Shown: piece by piece, positions 28,020 through 39,641 of the stretch
Numbering within the stretch: the stretch's first letter is position 1
How the letters are laid out: every line of letters begins with the position of its first letter
Assembly (NCBI GenBank): GCA_951406725.2
Contig: CATOCA020000001.1
Location: 6,324,001-6,388,000 of the forward strand
Length of the DNA stretch: 64,000 nucleotides
Direction of reading: 5' to 3'
Source of the DNA: Octopus vulgaris
Lineage: Eukaryota
The notes under the pieces: model-generated
Database searches by the model: none
Seen by the model: the letters and a program-made list of their open reading frames with translations, nothing else
Told to the model about the DNA's origin: nothing
Translations under genes and position numbers: made by a program

Positions 28020-28300
28020 AAAACCTATGGTTGCAGAAAGGGATCACCTCAGCAAATTTAAAGTTTTGGGCCCAAAAAACTTAAGGATGGAAGGGATTCC
28101 TTAACACATAGCTTATACTTATTTATATTTACTCTGAAGTAAGGGTCCCTCAAAATAACAGACCATTCCAAAGAATATCTTTTCTCATTACTCTTTAAAC
28201 CATGTATATAAGAGGCAAGTGTAGTAGAATTAAAGTATTTTTCATTCGAAAACAAATTCATGTGGGCCCTATGCCTACTGTACTGCCTTTATAAAATTTA
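28020..28300 (-). mobile_element. Penelope-like GIY-YIG C-terminal fragment
   Basis: FSNEKYFNSTTLASYIHGLK...LEWSVI...KLCVKES pattern; flanked by about 85-bp direct repeats at 27853-27940 and 28363-28450. Confidence 0.65.
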
Positions 28301-28529
28301 TCTAAATTACCCTCCTCTTTAGCAACGCATGACTAATCTAAAAGTTAAACCCAGCAGACTAGTTCAAATTTTCTGACACCCAGCCACCAAAAAAACGAAT
28401 TATTTTATTGCTAATCATGCAGGTGGTCGTTGTTAATAGAAATCCAAACCGTATAAACATACACATATACACATATATTTGTATATACATATATATATAC
28501 ACATACACACACACCTATATTTGTATATA

Positions 28530-28705
28530 GCCGAGCCGAGCCGAGCCCTGGCCGCCATAGCGCTCATTGTGGCGTCGTAGCCTTGGACAGTGAGCCTCAA
28601 CAGGTCTTTGCAAGCAGAGTTTAGTGTCCAATGAAGGAAAGGTACGCATAAGTAGGCTGGTTACACCCGCTGGCATAGGCCATGAGGTTATGGTCTCACT
28701 TGGCT
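28530..28705 (-). mobile_element. RTE-type 3' UTR variant with (CTCGG)n tail
   Basis: Reverse complement aligns with 25803-25915. Confidence 0.55.
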
Positions 28706-29264
28706 TGTAACCCATAAAAGCCCTCAATGACTCAACAGAGCTCAGAAACACGTCCTCCTCCGCCACGTCACCTTCAACACCATGGAGTTATCTAAACTAA
28801 TACAGAACTCTGAATTAATTAGTCATGGTTCTAACAACGGAATGCTCACACCGAACCTGATCATGTCAAGACTACATCACTCACTTCTGACATTTCCTTT
28901 TATTTTTTAACTGGTTCCAATCAGACTGTGGCCATACTGGAGCACTGATTTCAGAGTTTTATTTGATTTTATTCAGACTTGTACTTCTGTACTTTTCACT
29001 GGTGGTGTTGGTGATGGCAGTGGCGGAAGTTTGACCAAAACCCCTCAGATACCAAAAGATAAGTTCATTAAAAAGACAAACAAATAAAAAAAAACAGTAA
29101 AGAACAATAAAAGTTGAAAAGCTTTTTTCTTTCTTTCGAAATGGTTTCTCATTCGATGGTTGATGCGATGAAAGGAGACTGAATGAATTTTGTTAACTTT
29201 TAGTCATGGTTTGGGCCAAAGTTTATTAATTTGCATCTCTTAATGCTAATTAATTATTAGAAGC

Positions 29265-29765
29265 CATGAGTGCAGGTGTGGCTTTGTGGTTGGGAAGTTG
29301 GCTTCCCACTCATATGATCCTGGGTTCAGTCCCACTGTGTGGCACCTTGGGCAAGTGTCTTCTACTACATCCCCAGACCAAGCACAGCCTTGGGAGTGGA
29401 TTTGGTAGACAGAAACTGAAAGAAGGTGGCGTGTTGGCAGAAACGTTAGCACGCCGGGCGAAATGCTTTGTGGTATTTCATCTGCCGCTACGTTCTGTGT
29501 TCAAATTCCACCGTGGTCGCCATTGCCTGAAGGCAAAACTGCACCAGGAATGGGTTTCAATTCCTATATATATACCTTTTATCTTTTACTTTAGTCATTT
29601 GACTGCGGCTATGCTGGGGCATATGGAATATGAAAGAGAGAGATAAGAAGGGTTTTAGTCAAACAATTGTTTTTAAGGTCTGGTACTTATTCTATTGGTC
29701 TCCTTTGCACCAAACCTCAAAGTTATGGGGAATGTAAACACACCAACACTGGTTGTCAACTGGCG
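29265..29765. mobile_element. Cluster of SINE fragments (family B head, family A piece, family B tail inverted)
   Basis: Matches to other copies in the window. Confidence 0.75.
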
Positions 29766-30189
29766 GTAAAGAGACTTGCTTTAACAAAAGGTGAGGGCGC
29801 CTCACTCCCAGTGGTCTTTCAGCACGCCGGACACCATCCCGGAATTTCTGCGTACCCGTGCTAACATTTATTGGATGGCCGTTGACTCTCAAGAGGTCCT
29901 CCGCCCTTTGACGGGTTTTGTTTTTCATCCCGCAGGGTGTCCAATAAACACCCTCCTCACCAAGCAAGCTTGTATTGGGTTACATGTTACCAATAGCACT
30001 CGAAAGGGACCTGACTGCTACGTACATATGAACTAACTGTTCATGATATATATCGAAAAATCACTAGTCATACGAAAAAATCAAAAATTAATTCACTTAC
30101 CTTCGAGTCCAAAATAACTTTCAAAGAGATTTCTTCCAGAAACTGAAGATTTAAAACAACTGAAAAAGTCATCGTTTTTTCCACTGTTT

Positions 30190-30470
30190 TTCATTTAAAG
30201 ATGGCTTTCGTTACATCATCCTAAAGACAATGCCTAAGCCCATTCTACGGCAAAAAAACAACTTAACTAAACTATTCTTAACCTTTTGTACTTTTTGGTC
30301 AGAAACATTTTGGAGCTAAAGTAAACAATCATCAAGATATCGACCTCTATTGATGTTTGGGAACTGGTCTGCCATTTCCGAAAGTATATATATTCAGACC
30401 AAATCAGCTACTTGTGCTGAAGCAGATCTTCCCATCGTGACATCAAAACCATCGGGTGTGTCTTTATGGG
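30190..30470 (-). mobile_element. Penelope-like reverse transcriptase core fragment
   Basis: GFDVTMGRSASAQVADLV*IYIL...GRYLDDCLL. Confidence 0.75.
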
Positions 30471-30472
30471 CC

Positions 30473-30473
<1 letters not shown>

Positions 30474-30506
<33 letters not shown>

Positions 30507-30523
30507 CGCGCATACGTTCATGA

Positions 30524-30584
<61 letters not shown>

Positions 30585-30603
30585 CGCGCATACGTTCATG
30601 AAT

Positions 30604-30636
<33 letters not shown>

Positions 30637-30655
30637 CGCGCATACGTTCATGAAT

Positions 30656-30698
<43 letters not shown>

Positions 30699-30717
30699 CG
30701 CGCATACGTTCATGAAT

Positions 30718-30779
<62 letters not shown>

Positions 30780-30795
30780 GCGCATACGTTCATGA

Positions 30796-30847
<52 letters not shown>

Positions 30848-30848
30848 C
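30474..30848. repeat. Compound minisatellite ACGCGCATACGTTCATGAATA-(CA)n-(TA)n x5
   Basis: Five identical cores with variable-length microsatellite spacers. Confidence 0.95.
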
Positions 30849-31220
30849 TCAGGGGGCGATTCCAGGTCATCAGCGTCACACGGGCTCATCACAGTCTTCG
30901 TATAAGACACATTTTTACTCGAAGAATTTCACGTTTTCCCGCTTTATTTCTAGCCCCAAATGGCTTATTTTTTTTACATCTAACACTATGTCTTTCTCCA
31001 TTTCTAAGTTAAAGATTAAAATAAAGCAACCCTGCAAACACAACTGATCTTTGCGCACAGATGCACAGAGTAAGAGCAATGAAATTACGACAGGGGAGTG
31101 CACAAGCAAACATCAGCGATCTGACTGTCGCTTGTAATCTTGACAAGAGATGCCAGTTTGTCTTTTACACCTACCAGGCTCGTTCCTATTAGCCCGAGTT
31201 GCTGGATAAATTTTCGTTCT

Positions 31221-31600
31221 GGATCTTTTCTGTTTGAACGGCAGTTTTTTAAAGTAATTTCCACGTAACTAAACACTTTTAAACTTCGTATACTGGTAGA
31301 ATGTGTTTATAAAACATCTTTTTCTCTTGGCTTTATTGAGAAAATTCTATAGTATGTAAGATATTTGTTGTTTTTTTCTACAATTTCTGCAATTTCAACC
31401 AATCAATGACGTCTATTGAGGTAAAAAAAACATTCTGTGCCGTATGAATATGTCCCTCGTTTAAGAAACAGATTGGGTTTATTTACATTTCTGAAGAAAA
31501 AAAGATACCCTTCCCTCACCCCTAACCCTAACCCTAACACAGATTGAAATGCAATAGATCGATACTAGGGTCATAACTATGGGTGACAATTTCATATAAC
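31221..31600. mobile_element. Non-autonomous DNA element (Helentron/MITE-like) with internal (CCCTAA)3
   Basis: GGATCTTTTCTGTTTGAACGGCAG left end; CCTAACCCTAACCCTAAC at about 31521-31538; matching right end not seen. Confidence 0.45.
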
Positions 31601-32013
31601 GTTCCTTTAAGAATATTACAGAACGGAAACTTTTCATGGATTTGAATTTAAATATTAATCTCTCAAAAAATTTATAGTTTCAAGAAAATATTGTATTTGA
31701 ATTAATTTTAATTTTTACGATTATTGATAACAACTCGGGCTGTAACTTCTGAGCCCGAGTCAGGCGCGTGTGAACGATGTCGAGAGAACGTCTACTACGA
31801 ATGACATTTTCTGACTCAGACGGTGAACGAAAATAAACCAACAGCGACCAGGCTCAATAAAAGGAGCCCAAGTTATTGGCTGCAATTACATACTTGAAGT
31901 CAGTGTTGGCAGAAATCAGCTTATAAATACACGTCCACCTTATTACATTTATATTCGGGCTAAGCTCGAATGGCCCGAGTGCCGGAGTCACCATATATAT
32001 ATGTATATATATA

Positions 32014-32433
32014 TAGCGTAGGAGTGTGTGTGAGTTTCTAACCACCACATGGCTCCGGGTTCAGTCACTGCGTGGCATCTTCAATGCTTCTGTGCGTGCC
32101 TTGTGTGGATTTGGTAGGAACTGAAAGAACTTCGTATATATGTATATAGACTTATGCTGTGTGGTAGTGCTGCTTACCACCACATGGCTCCGGGTTCAGT
32201 CCATCGGGCATCTTGCAAGTGTCTTCTGCTATGCCCCGGGCGACCAATGCCTTGTGAGTGGATTTGTAGACGGAAACTGAAGAAGCCTGTCGTATATATG
32301 TATATAGACTTAGGGGCTGTGTGTTACTGTAACCAACCACTTGGCTCGGGTTCAGACTGCGTGGCATCTGGCAAGTGTCTTCTGCTATACCGACCAATCT
32401 GTATGATTGTGACGGACTGAAAGAAGCCTGTCG

Positions 32434-32464
<31 letters not shown>

Positions 32465-32602
32465 TTGTGTGTTTGTCCCCTATATGCTGGTGTGTTTACG
32501 TCCGTATAGTTCGCAAAGAGACCGATAGAATAAGACTGCTTACAAGAATAAGTCGGTTTGTCGCTGCGTGTAGCATCGATCATGACTGAAACATAAAGAT
32601 AA

Positions 32603-32605
<3 letters not shown>
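32014..32605 (+). mobile_element. Three tandem, deletion-riddled heads and one tail of SINE family B
   Basis: CCACATGGCTCCGGGTTCAGTC-like motif repeated three times. Confidence 0.8.
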
Positions 32606-32634
<29 letters not shown>

Positions 32635-32643
<9 letters not shown>

Positions 32644-32877
32644 GTGAATGGAAGAAATGGAGTTGAACGTCCTCGTTCGAATTGCTTTGCTGCGCCTCTG
32701 TTTTGTTTTGTTCTGACAACGTAATTCCTGGTTTTTCCTGAAGAGAAAGCTGCAATATGGTATCCTTATTTAATCAGAATTTGGAAAATTGTGGCCTTTG
32801 AAACATGTGTAGAATGTAATAAAAGGAATTCTGTACAATCTTCGTTCAACTCCATTTCTTCCATTCACTAATTATAT
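32635..32877. mobile_element. 243-bp element with perfect 35-bp terminal inverted repeats
   Basis: ATATAATTAGTGAATGGAAGAAATGGAGTTGAACG (32635-32669) is the exact reverse complement of 32843-32877. Confidence 0.85.
32735..32814 (+). ncRNA. Type I hammerhead ribozyme candidate
   Basis: UUC-CUGAAGA-GAAAGCUGCAAU...AUUGUGGCCUUU-GAAA-CAUGUG-UA-GAA. Confidence 0.55.
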
Positions 32878-33023
32878 TAAACTTGAATTATCCGCACCAA
32901 CGCACGGTTGCAACACCATATGGTCTTATCTCCAACCGTGTTTTTTTCTGCTGTGATTTTTGCTACCCAGGTATCGGTTAAACTTTTGAACAATCTGTAA
33001 CAAGAAAATTCATCTTTCCATTT

Positions 33024-33102
<79 letters not shown>

Positions 33103-33133
33103 CAATACAAGCAACAAGGATATCCAAAGGTCG

Positions 33134-33221
33134 TGTAGTACAATCGTTTCATGCTACTTCATTTAATTAATCAATGTAAGTATTACATCAGATTTAAAAT
33201 GTAGAGCACTCTTCAGCCACA
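33134..33221 (-). ncRNA. Type I hammerhead ribozyme candidate
   Basis: UGUGG-CUGAAGA-GUGCU...AGCAU-GAAA-CGAUUG-UA-CUACA; 5-bp stem I. Confidence 0.6.
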
Positions 33222-33411
33222 TATGGACCTTTTTAATTAAATTGACAATATTCATTTTTATACTTATTCCATTTAGACAGAGAGATATAAATCTATCTAT
33301 CTATCTAAATCTATCTATATATATATATAATGGCGGTGCCCCAGCAGAATGGTGGTGCCCCAGCATGGTCACAGCTCGTGAGATGAAACTAGATAAAATA
33401 AAAATAAAATC

Positions 33412-33740
33412 ATCATCATTGTTTAATGTCCATTCTCCATGCTAGCATGGGTTGGACGGTTCGACTGGGATCTGGGAAGCCAGAAGGCTGCACCAGGCTC
33501 CAGTCTTATCTGGCAATGTTTCTACAGCTGGATGCCCTTCCTAACGCCAACCACTCCGAGAGTGTAGTGGGTGCTTTTTACGTGCCACCTGCACAGGTGC
33601 CAGGCGAGGCTGGCAACGGCCACGGTCGGATTGGTGCATTTTACGTGCCACCGGCACGGAAGCCAGTCGAGGCGGCGCTGGCATCGGCCACGAGTCGGAT
33701 AGTGCTTTTTACGTACCACCAGACCAGGGGTCCTGGCTGG
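33412..33740 (-). mobile_element. RTE 3' UTR copy
   Basis: Reverse complement of the 25960-26330 tail. Confidence 0.85.
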
Positions 33741-33799
33741 TTCAATTCGATTTCGATTCGAATTGAATATATATAATATATATAAAATAATATATATAT

Positions 33800-34567
33800 A
33801 TGAGAGAAATGCTGGACATAACAAGCATCGGATGTGGCATGCAAGAAAGAAGTTTGCGCTGGTATAGTCATGTACTCCGGATGGATGAGGAGAGATGTGC
33901 GAAGAAGTGCCACTCCCAAACAGTTGAAGGTATCCGGGGTAGAGGTAGACCCAGGAAGACATGGAATAAGGTGATCAAGCTTGATCTTCGAGCGTTGGGC
34001 CTCACAGAGGCAATGACGAAAGACCGAGACCTCTGGAGATATGCTGTGACAGCGAAGACCCGACAAATAACGTGAGGCTGTTTCCTGCACCAGCTTCACA
34101 TAACAGCCCCAACCCATCGAAAATACCTTGGATCGCAGGACGGCCTACTGTGCTTACCTTGGATCGTAGGGTGACCTGCTGTGCTTGAGGAGACCTACTG
34201 AGTCAAGTACATCAACATCGAAATAAAAATCAAATGGAAATTGTAGTTGTGATACCCGTGCCAGTGGCACATACAAAACACCATCTCAACGAGGCTGATG
34301 CCACCGCCGTCTTGACTGGCTTCCGTGCTGGGGGCACATAAAAAGCACCAACCGATCGTGGCCGTTGCCAGCCTCCTGGGGTACCTGTGCTGGTGGCACG
34401 TAAGAAGCGCCCTCTAAACTCACAGAGTGGTTGGCGTTAGGAAGGGCATCCAGCTGTAGAGACACTGCAAGATCAGATTGGAGCCTGGTGCAGCCTCCTG
34501 GCTTCTCAGACCACGGTCGAACCGTCTAACCCATGCTAGCATGGAAAACTGACGTTAAACGATGATG
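33800..34567 (+). mobile_element. RTE-clade LINE 3' fragment
   Basis: ORF 33800-34075 LRWYSHVLRM...GRGRPRKTW followed by the family 3' UTR. Confidence 0.88.
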
Positions 34568-34635
34568 ATATATATATACCACATAAGGGGGATCAGCCAT
34601 CTGAATGTGGCTAGGGACAGGGCAGGGTGGTGGGG

Positions 34636-34674
<39 letters not shown>

Positions 34675-34689
34675 TACATTTCTGTGTGT

Positions 34690-35030
34690 ATGTATGTGGT
34701 ATGTATGTACGTATGTACGTATGTACGTATGTATGTATTATGTATGTATGTATGTACGTATGTGTGTGTGTATGTACGTATGTACGTAAGTATGTGTGTA
34801 TGTATTATGTATGCGTGTATGTACGTCTGTACGTCTGTATATACGTATGCATGTATGTACGTATGTATGTATGTATGTATGTATGTATGTATGTATGTAT
34901 GTACGTAAGTATGTACGTATATGTTGTATGTATGTATGTATGTATGTATGTATGTATGTATGTATGTATGTACGTATGTATGTACGTATGTATGTATGTA
35001 TGTACGTATGTATGTATGTATGTGTGTGTG
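34690..35030. repeat. (TATG)n/(TACG) microsatellite
   Basis: Direct reading; a pure (TATG)n tract also lies at 37800-37982. Confidence 0.95.
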
Positions 35031-35479
35031 TCTGTGTGCGTGCGTGTATTGTGGCTTTGTGTGTGTGTCTGTCGTTTACGTTTATCTCCATGTGACTTAG
35101 CGGTTCGCTATAAAAGGCCAATAAAATCTACCAGACAAAAATGAGAAATAACTGGTGTCAATTTCTTAGATTAAAATTCTTCAATGCGGTGCCCCAGCGT
35201 GGCCGCAGTCTAATAACTGAGAAAAGTGAAAAAAACTACAAAATTCCTTGGTAACACTTTAAACTAAGGGACATAACTCTTGTACTTCCCACTGTGGCTT
35301 TACCTGCTAGAAATAGCAGCCAAAATGGTTTTAAACCAGATCCCAATGCTGGATCTTCAAGAACCAAATGAAGAGCAGAGTTTCAATCCTGGGATCATCC
35401 TGATTCCAAAAAGGTAGAATATGTCCATGTAGACTGAGGGACAGGGGTCACAGGCACAAGGGAATTTCGCTTTTATTAA

Positions 35480-36513
35480 GGCGCGAGCTGGCAGAAACGT
35501 TTGCACGCCGGGAGAAATGCTTAGCAGTATTTCGTCTGCCGTTACGTTCTGACGTTCAAATTCCGCCGAGGTCGACTTTGCCTTTCATTCTTTCGGGGTC
35601 CATTAAATAAGTACCAGTTACGCACTGGGGTCGATATAGACGACTTAATCCGTTTGTCTGTCCTTGTTTGTCCCTCTGTGTTTAGCCCCTTGTGGGTAGT
35701 AAAGAAATAGGTATTTCGTCTGCCGTTACGTTCTGAGTTCAAATTCCGCCGAGGTCGACTTAGCCTTTCATTCTTTCGGGGTCCATTAAATAAGTACCAG
35801 TTACGCACTGGGGTCGAAATAGACGACTTAATCCGTTTGTCTGTCCTTGTTTGTCCCGTCTGTGTTTAGCCCCTTGTGGGTAGTAAAGAAATAGGTATTT
35901 CGTCTGCCGTTACGTTCTGAGTTCAAATTCCGCCGAGGTCGACTTTGCCTTTCATCCTTTCGGGGTCCATTAAATAAGTACCAGTTACGCACTGGGGTCG
36001 ATATAGACGACTTAATCCGTTTGTCTGTCCTTGTTTGTCCCGTCTGTGTTTAGCCCCTTTGGGTAGTAAAGAAATAGGTATTTCGTCTGCCGTTACGTTC
36101 TGAGTTCAAATTCCGCCGAGGTCGACTTTGCCTTTCATCCTTTCGGGGTCCATTAAATAAGTACCAGTTACGCACTGGGGTCGATACAGACGACTTAATC
36201 CGTTTGTCTGTCCTTGTTTGTCCACTCTGTGTTTAGCCCCTTCTGGGTAGTAAAGAAATAGGTATTTCGTCTGCCGTTACGTTCTGAGTTCAAATTCCGC
36301 CGAGGTCGACTTTGCCTTTCATCCTTTCGGGGTCCATTAAATAAGTACCAGTTACGCACTGGGGTCGATATAGACGACTTAATCCGTTTGTCTGTCCTTG
36401 TTTGTTCCGTCTGTGTTTAGCCCTTGTGGGTAGTAAAGAAATAGGTATTTCGTCTGCCGTTACGTTCTGAGTTCAAATTCCGCCGAGGTCGACTTTGCCT
36501 TTCATCCTTTCGG
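35480..36513 (+). repeat. Head-to-tail array of SINE family A body, 183-184 bp unit, five full units plus a partial
   Basis: Units restart at 35711, 35895, 36078, 36262, 36445; the 5' head occurs once. Confidence 0.95.
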
Positions 36514-36568
36514 ATGTTATAATATAACACACTCATAAATTCCCACTTTTTTCTTATTTTTATTGTAT

Positions 36569-36611
<43 letters not shown>

Positions 36612-36859
36612 TTGCAAGACGCAACGAAAATTTTAGGACAATAAAAATAAGAAAAAAGTGGGAATTTTACCGGTGAGTGTTTTACATAATAAGGCACAAA
36701 AAGAAAATGATTCTCTCCAGACACAACGGAATTATTGAACTTCAGTATTACAACAACCAAAAAATAGAAACACATTTTCTTATGCGAATATAGTGTTGCG
36801 TTGACAATTTCAATTCAAAGTTTTTATTCATTCTGCAAATCTTGTCCGTTGATCCCATG

Positions 36860-37170
36860 CTAAAAACGTCCTTATAGACATTGGTTTGAGTTTTACCTGT
36901 AGGGGTGAAAATGAAAAATTGTCTTTGCTCCCCACTCTGGAACCCCAGGATATGTCTGTGTGAAAAACAAGCCTTCTCTAATTGCAAAGAAGTAACTTTG
37001 AATGTCTGATCTTGGTACTTATCAATGGACATCGCAAGAGACTGACGTATTGGAAATTGAAGTCGTTTGAGTTCGAAGGGAATATTTGAAGGTATTAAAC
37101 TTAAGTGAGGCATAAATATATCTTCACCTTTTCCAAAGACAAAAAATATTCTGGCTTCTATGATATTTCT
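36860..37170 (-). mobile_element. Helitron PIF1-like helicase C-terminal fragment
   Basis: GKGEDIFMPHLSLIPSNIPFELKRLQFPIRQSLAMSIDKYQDQT...CFSH. Confidence 0.85.
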
Positions 37171-37275
37171 CGTTAATTTTTTGGATTTTCTTTTGTTATT
37201 GTCTGCTATTCATACAGGCGCACAAGAAGTGTGAACATACACACTACACTTTATACTTCTCTGTCTGTCTTTCTA

Positions 37276-37344
<69 letters not shown>

Positions 37345-37358
37345 GTATATATACATAT

Positions 37359-37415
<57 letters not shown>

Positions 37416-38102
37416 AATATAAGTATAGATACAGGTACATAAAATACCTTAGGAATGTGAACTCAGGTTTCAAATTTCCCCAAGACACCTGATGAAGGCT
37501 GGAGGGTATAAAAAATAACATCTAGAATTACTTCCCTTGCGTCATATAAAAACGACGTGAGAGTTTCGAATTGAAATGGGCTCGTTTTTCGCTTGCGAAG
37601 GGGACACGAGCATTGGCGCACCAACAGACACACATACGCATGCAAGCTTCCTGCTGATACCTTTAACAATTAAACATCAACTAGCTTATAATTTACATTT
37701 AATTACACGCCACAACTATATAAAGTAATAACAATATCTAGTACAACCCTTTGTTATTATTTTGTTTCAGATATGCGTGTCTGAGTATATACACCTATTA
37801 TGTATGTATGTATGTTTGTATGTATGTATGTATGTATGTATGTATGTATGTATGTATGTATGTATGTATGTATGTATGTATGTATGTATGTATGTATGTA
37901 TGTATGTATGTATGTATGTATGTATGTATGTATGTATGTATGTATGTATGTATGTATGTATGTATGTATGTATGTATGTATAGTATATATGACATTTATA
38001 AAGGTGTATATAAGATAGATAGATTATAGATAGATAGATATATAGTATATATGTATGTATGTATATATTATATATATATATATATATTTATAAATATATA
38101 TA

Positions 38103-38490
38103 TTTTACTTGTTTCAGTCATTGACTGCGTTACATGCTGGAGCACCAGCTTTAGTCGAGCAAATCGACCCCGGGACTTATTCGTAAGCCCAGTACTTATT
38201 CTATCGGTCTCTTTTGCCGAACCGCTAAGTGACGGGACGTACACACACCAGCATCGGTTGTCAAGCAATGCTAGGAGGACAAACACAGACACACAAACAC
38301 ACACATACATATATATATATGTTACATGTATACGATAGGCTTCTTTCAGTTTCCATCTACAAAATCCACTCAAAAGGCTTTGGTCGGCCCGGGGCTATAG
38401 CAGAAGACACTTGCCCAAGATGCCACGCAGTGGGACTGAACCCGGAACCATGTGGTTGGTTAGCAAGCCACACTGCCACTCCAGCGACTA
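38103..38490 (-). mobile_element. SINE family B, full length
   Basis: tRNA-like head, TGGCATCTTGGGCAAGTGTCTT CORE-like segment, internal (TA/TG)n, ...ATGACTGAAACAAGTAAAA tail. Confidence 0.9.
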
Positions 38491-38659
38491 TGTTTATATA
38501 TTTATTGCCTAAACTGGCAAAATGACCATTCCGAATTTATAACCATGTATATATATATATATATATGTATACATATATGGTTGTATGTATATATATATAT
38601 ATATATATATCTATATATATATATATATATAAAAATATATAATATTATATATATTTATT

Positions 38660-38871
38660 TTTTTACTTGTTTCAGTCATTCGACTGCGGCCATGCTGGAG
38701 CACCAGCTTTAGTCGAGCAAATCGACCCGGGACTTATTCTTTGTAAGCCTAGTACTTATTCTATCGGTCTCTTTTGCCGAACCGCTAAGTTACGGGGACG
38801 TAAACACACCAGCATCGGTTGTGAAACTATGTTGGGCGGACAAACCCAGACACAGAAACATACACACACAC

Positions 38872-38917
<46 letters not shown>

Positions 38918-39070
38918 TCATATATACGACAGGCTTCCTTCTGTTTCCGTGACAAAGCTTTGGTCGGTCCGTAGGCTATGGTAGAAGACATTTGCCCATG
39001 GTGCCACGTAGTGGGATTGAACCCGGAACCATGTGGTTGGTAAGCGAGCTACTTCCCATACAGACACTCC
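38660..39070 (-). mobile_element. SINE family B, full length
   Basis: Same structure as 38103-38490. Confidence 0.9.
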
Positions 39071-39348
39071 TGTTTATTAACCTGACAACAAGTTGAAGGT
39101 GAGCTCTGACTGGTTGTATGCAAATGAGTTCATTAATGGCATCCGGAACACTCGTGGGAGAAAAAAAATTTCGCGGCTGGGTCAAATGAGACGATGCGAC
39201 CACCTTGGGTATGGGTGGACTGTGCTCACACACGCGCACAAACACCCACACATATAGATACATGCAAAGACGCACACTCGTAGATATTTATGCTTTAAAA
39301 ATGTTGACCTTAAAACCGTGACATTCTGAAGAAATTGTATGAGTGTGT

Positions 39349-39399
<51 letters not shown>

Positions 39400-39603
39400 T
39401 TCATTTCTGTTTCGCTGAATTTGTGAAAGAGGGACGGAGAAGTTGTTGACATCGATGACAATTTTCGTATATTGCTTCTTCTTTTTTTAAATTTTTTCAG
39501 TCATTAAATTGCGGCCATGCTGGGTTACCGCCTTGCAGTATTTTTAGTCGAACCAATTGACCTCATTAAAGTACATTTTTTCAGCCTGGTAAGTATCCGC
39601 TCA

Positions 39604-39641
<38 letters not shown>

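Noticed and set aside
30095-30195. Short ATG-initiated reading frame ending at a GTAAGT donor on the minus strand
   Set aside because: Abuts a Penelope-like remnant; no downstream exon or homology identified
30394-30396. In-frame TGA in Penelope-like RT as possible selenocysteine
   Set aside because: It falls at a position normally Gly (GGA to TGA) in a fragment with other stops; no SECIS seen
31521-31538. (CCCTAA)3 telomere-like repeat
   Set aside because: Only three units, internal to an interspersed repeat
35527-36513. Regular repeat array resembling CRISPR
   Set aside because: Whole units repeat with no unique spacers, they are SINE-derived, and there are no cas genes in this eukaryotic context
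34562-38029. ORFs rich in YIYI, CVCV, MYVC or HTHT here and across the window
   Set aside because: Translations of (TA)n, (TG)n and (TATG)n microsatellites
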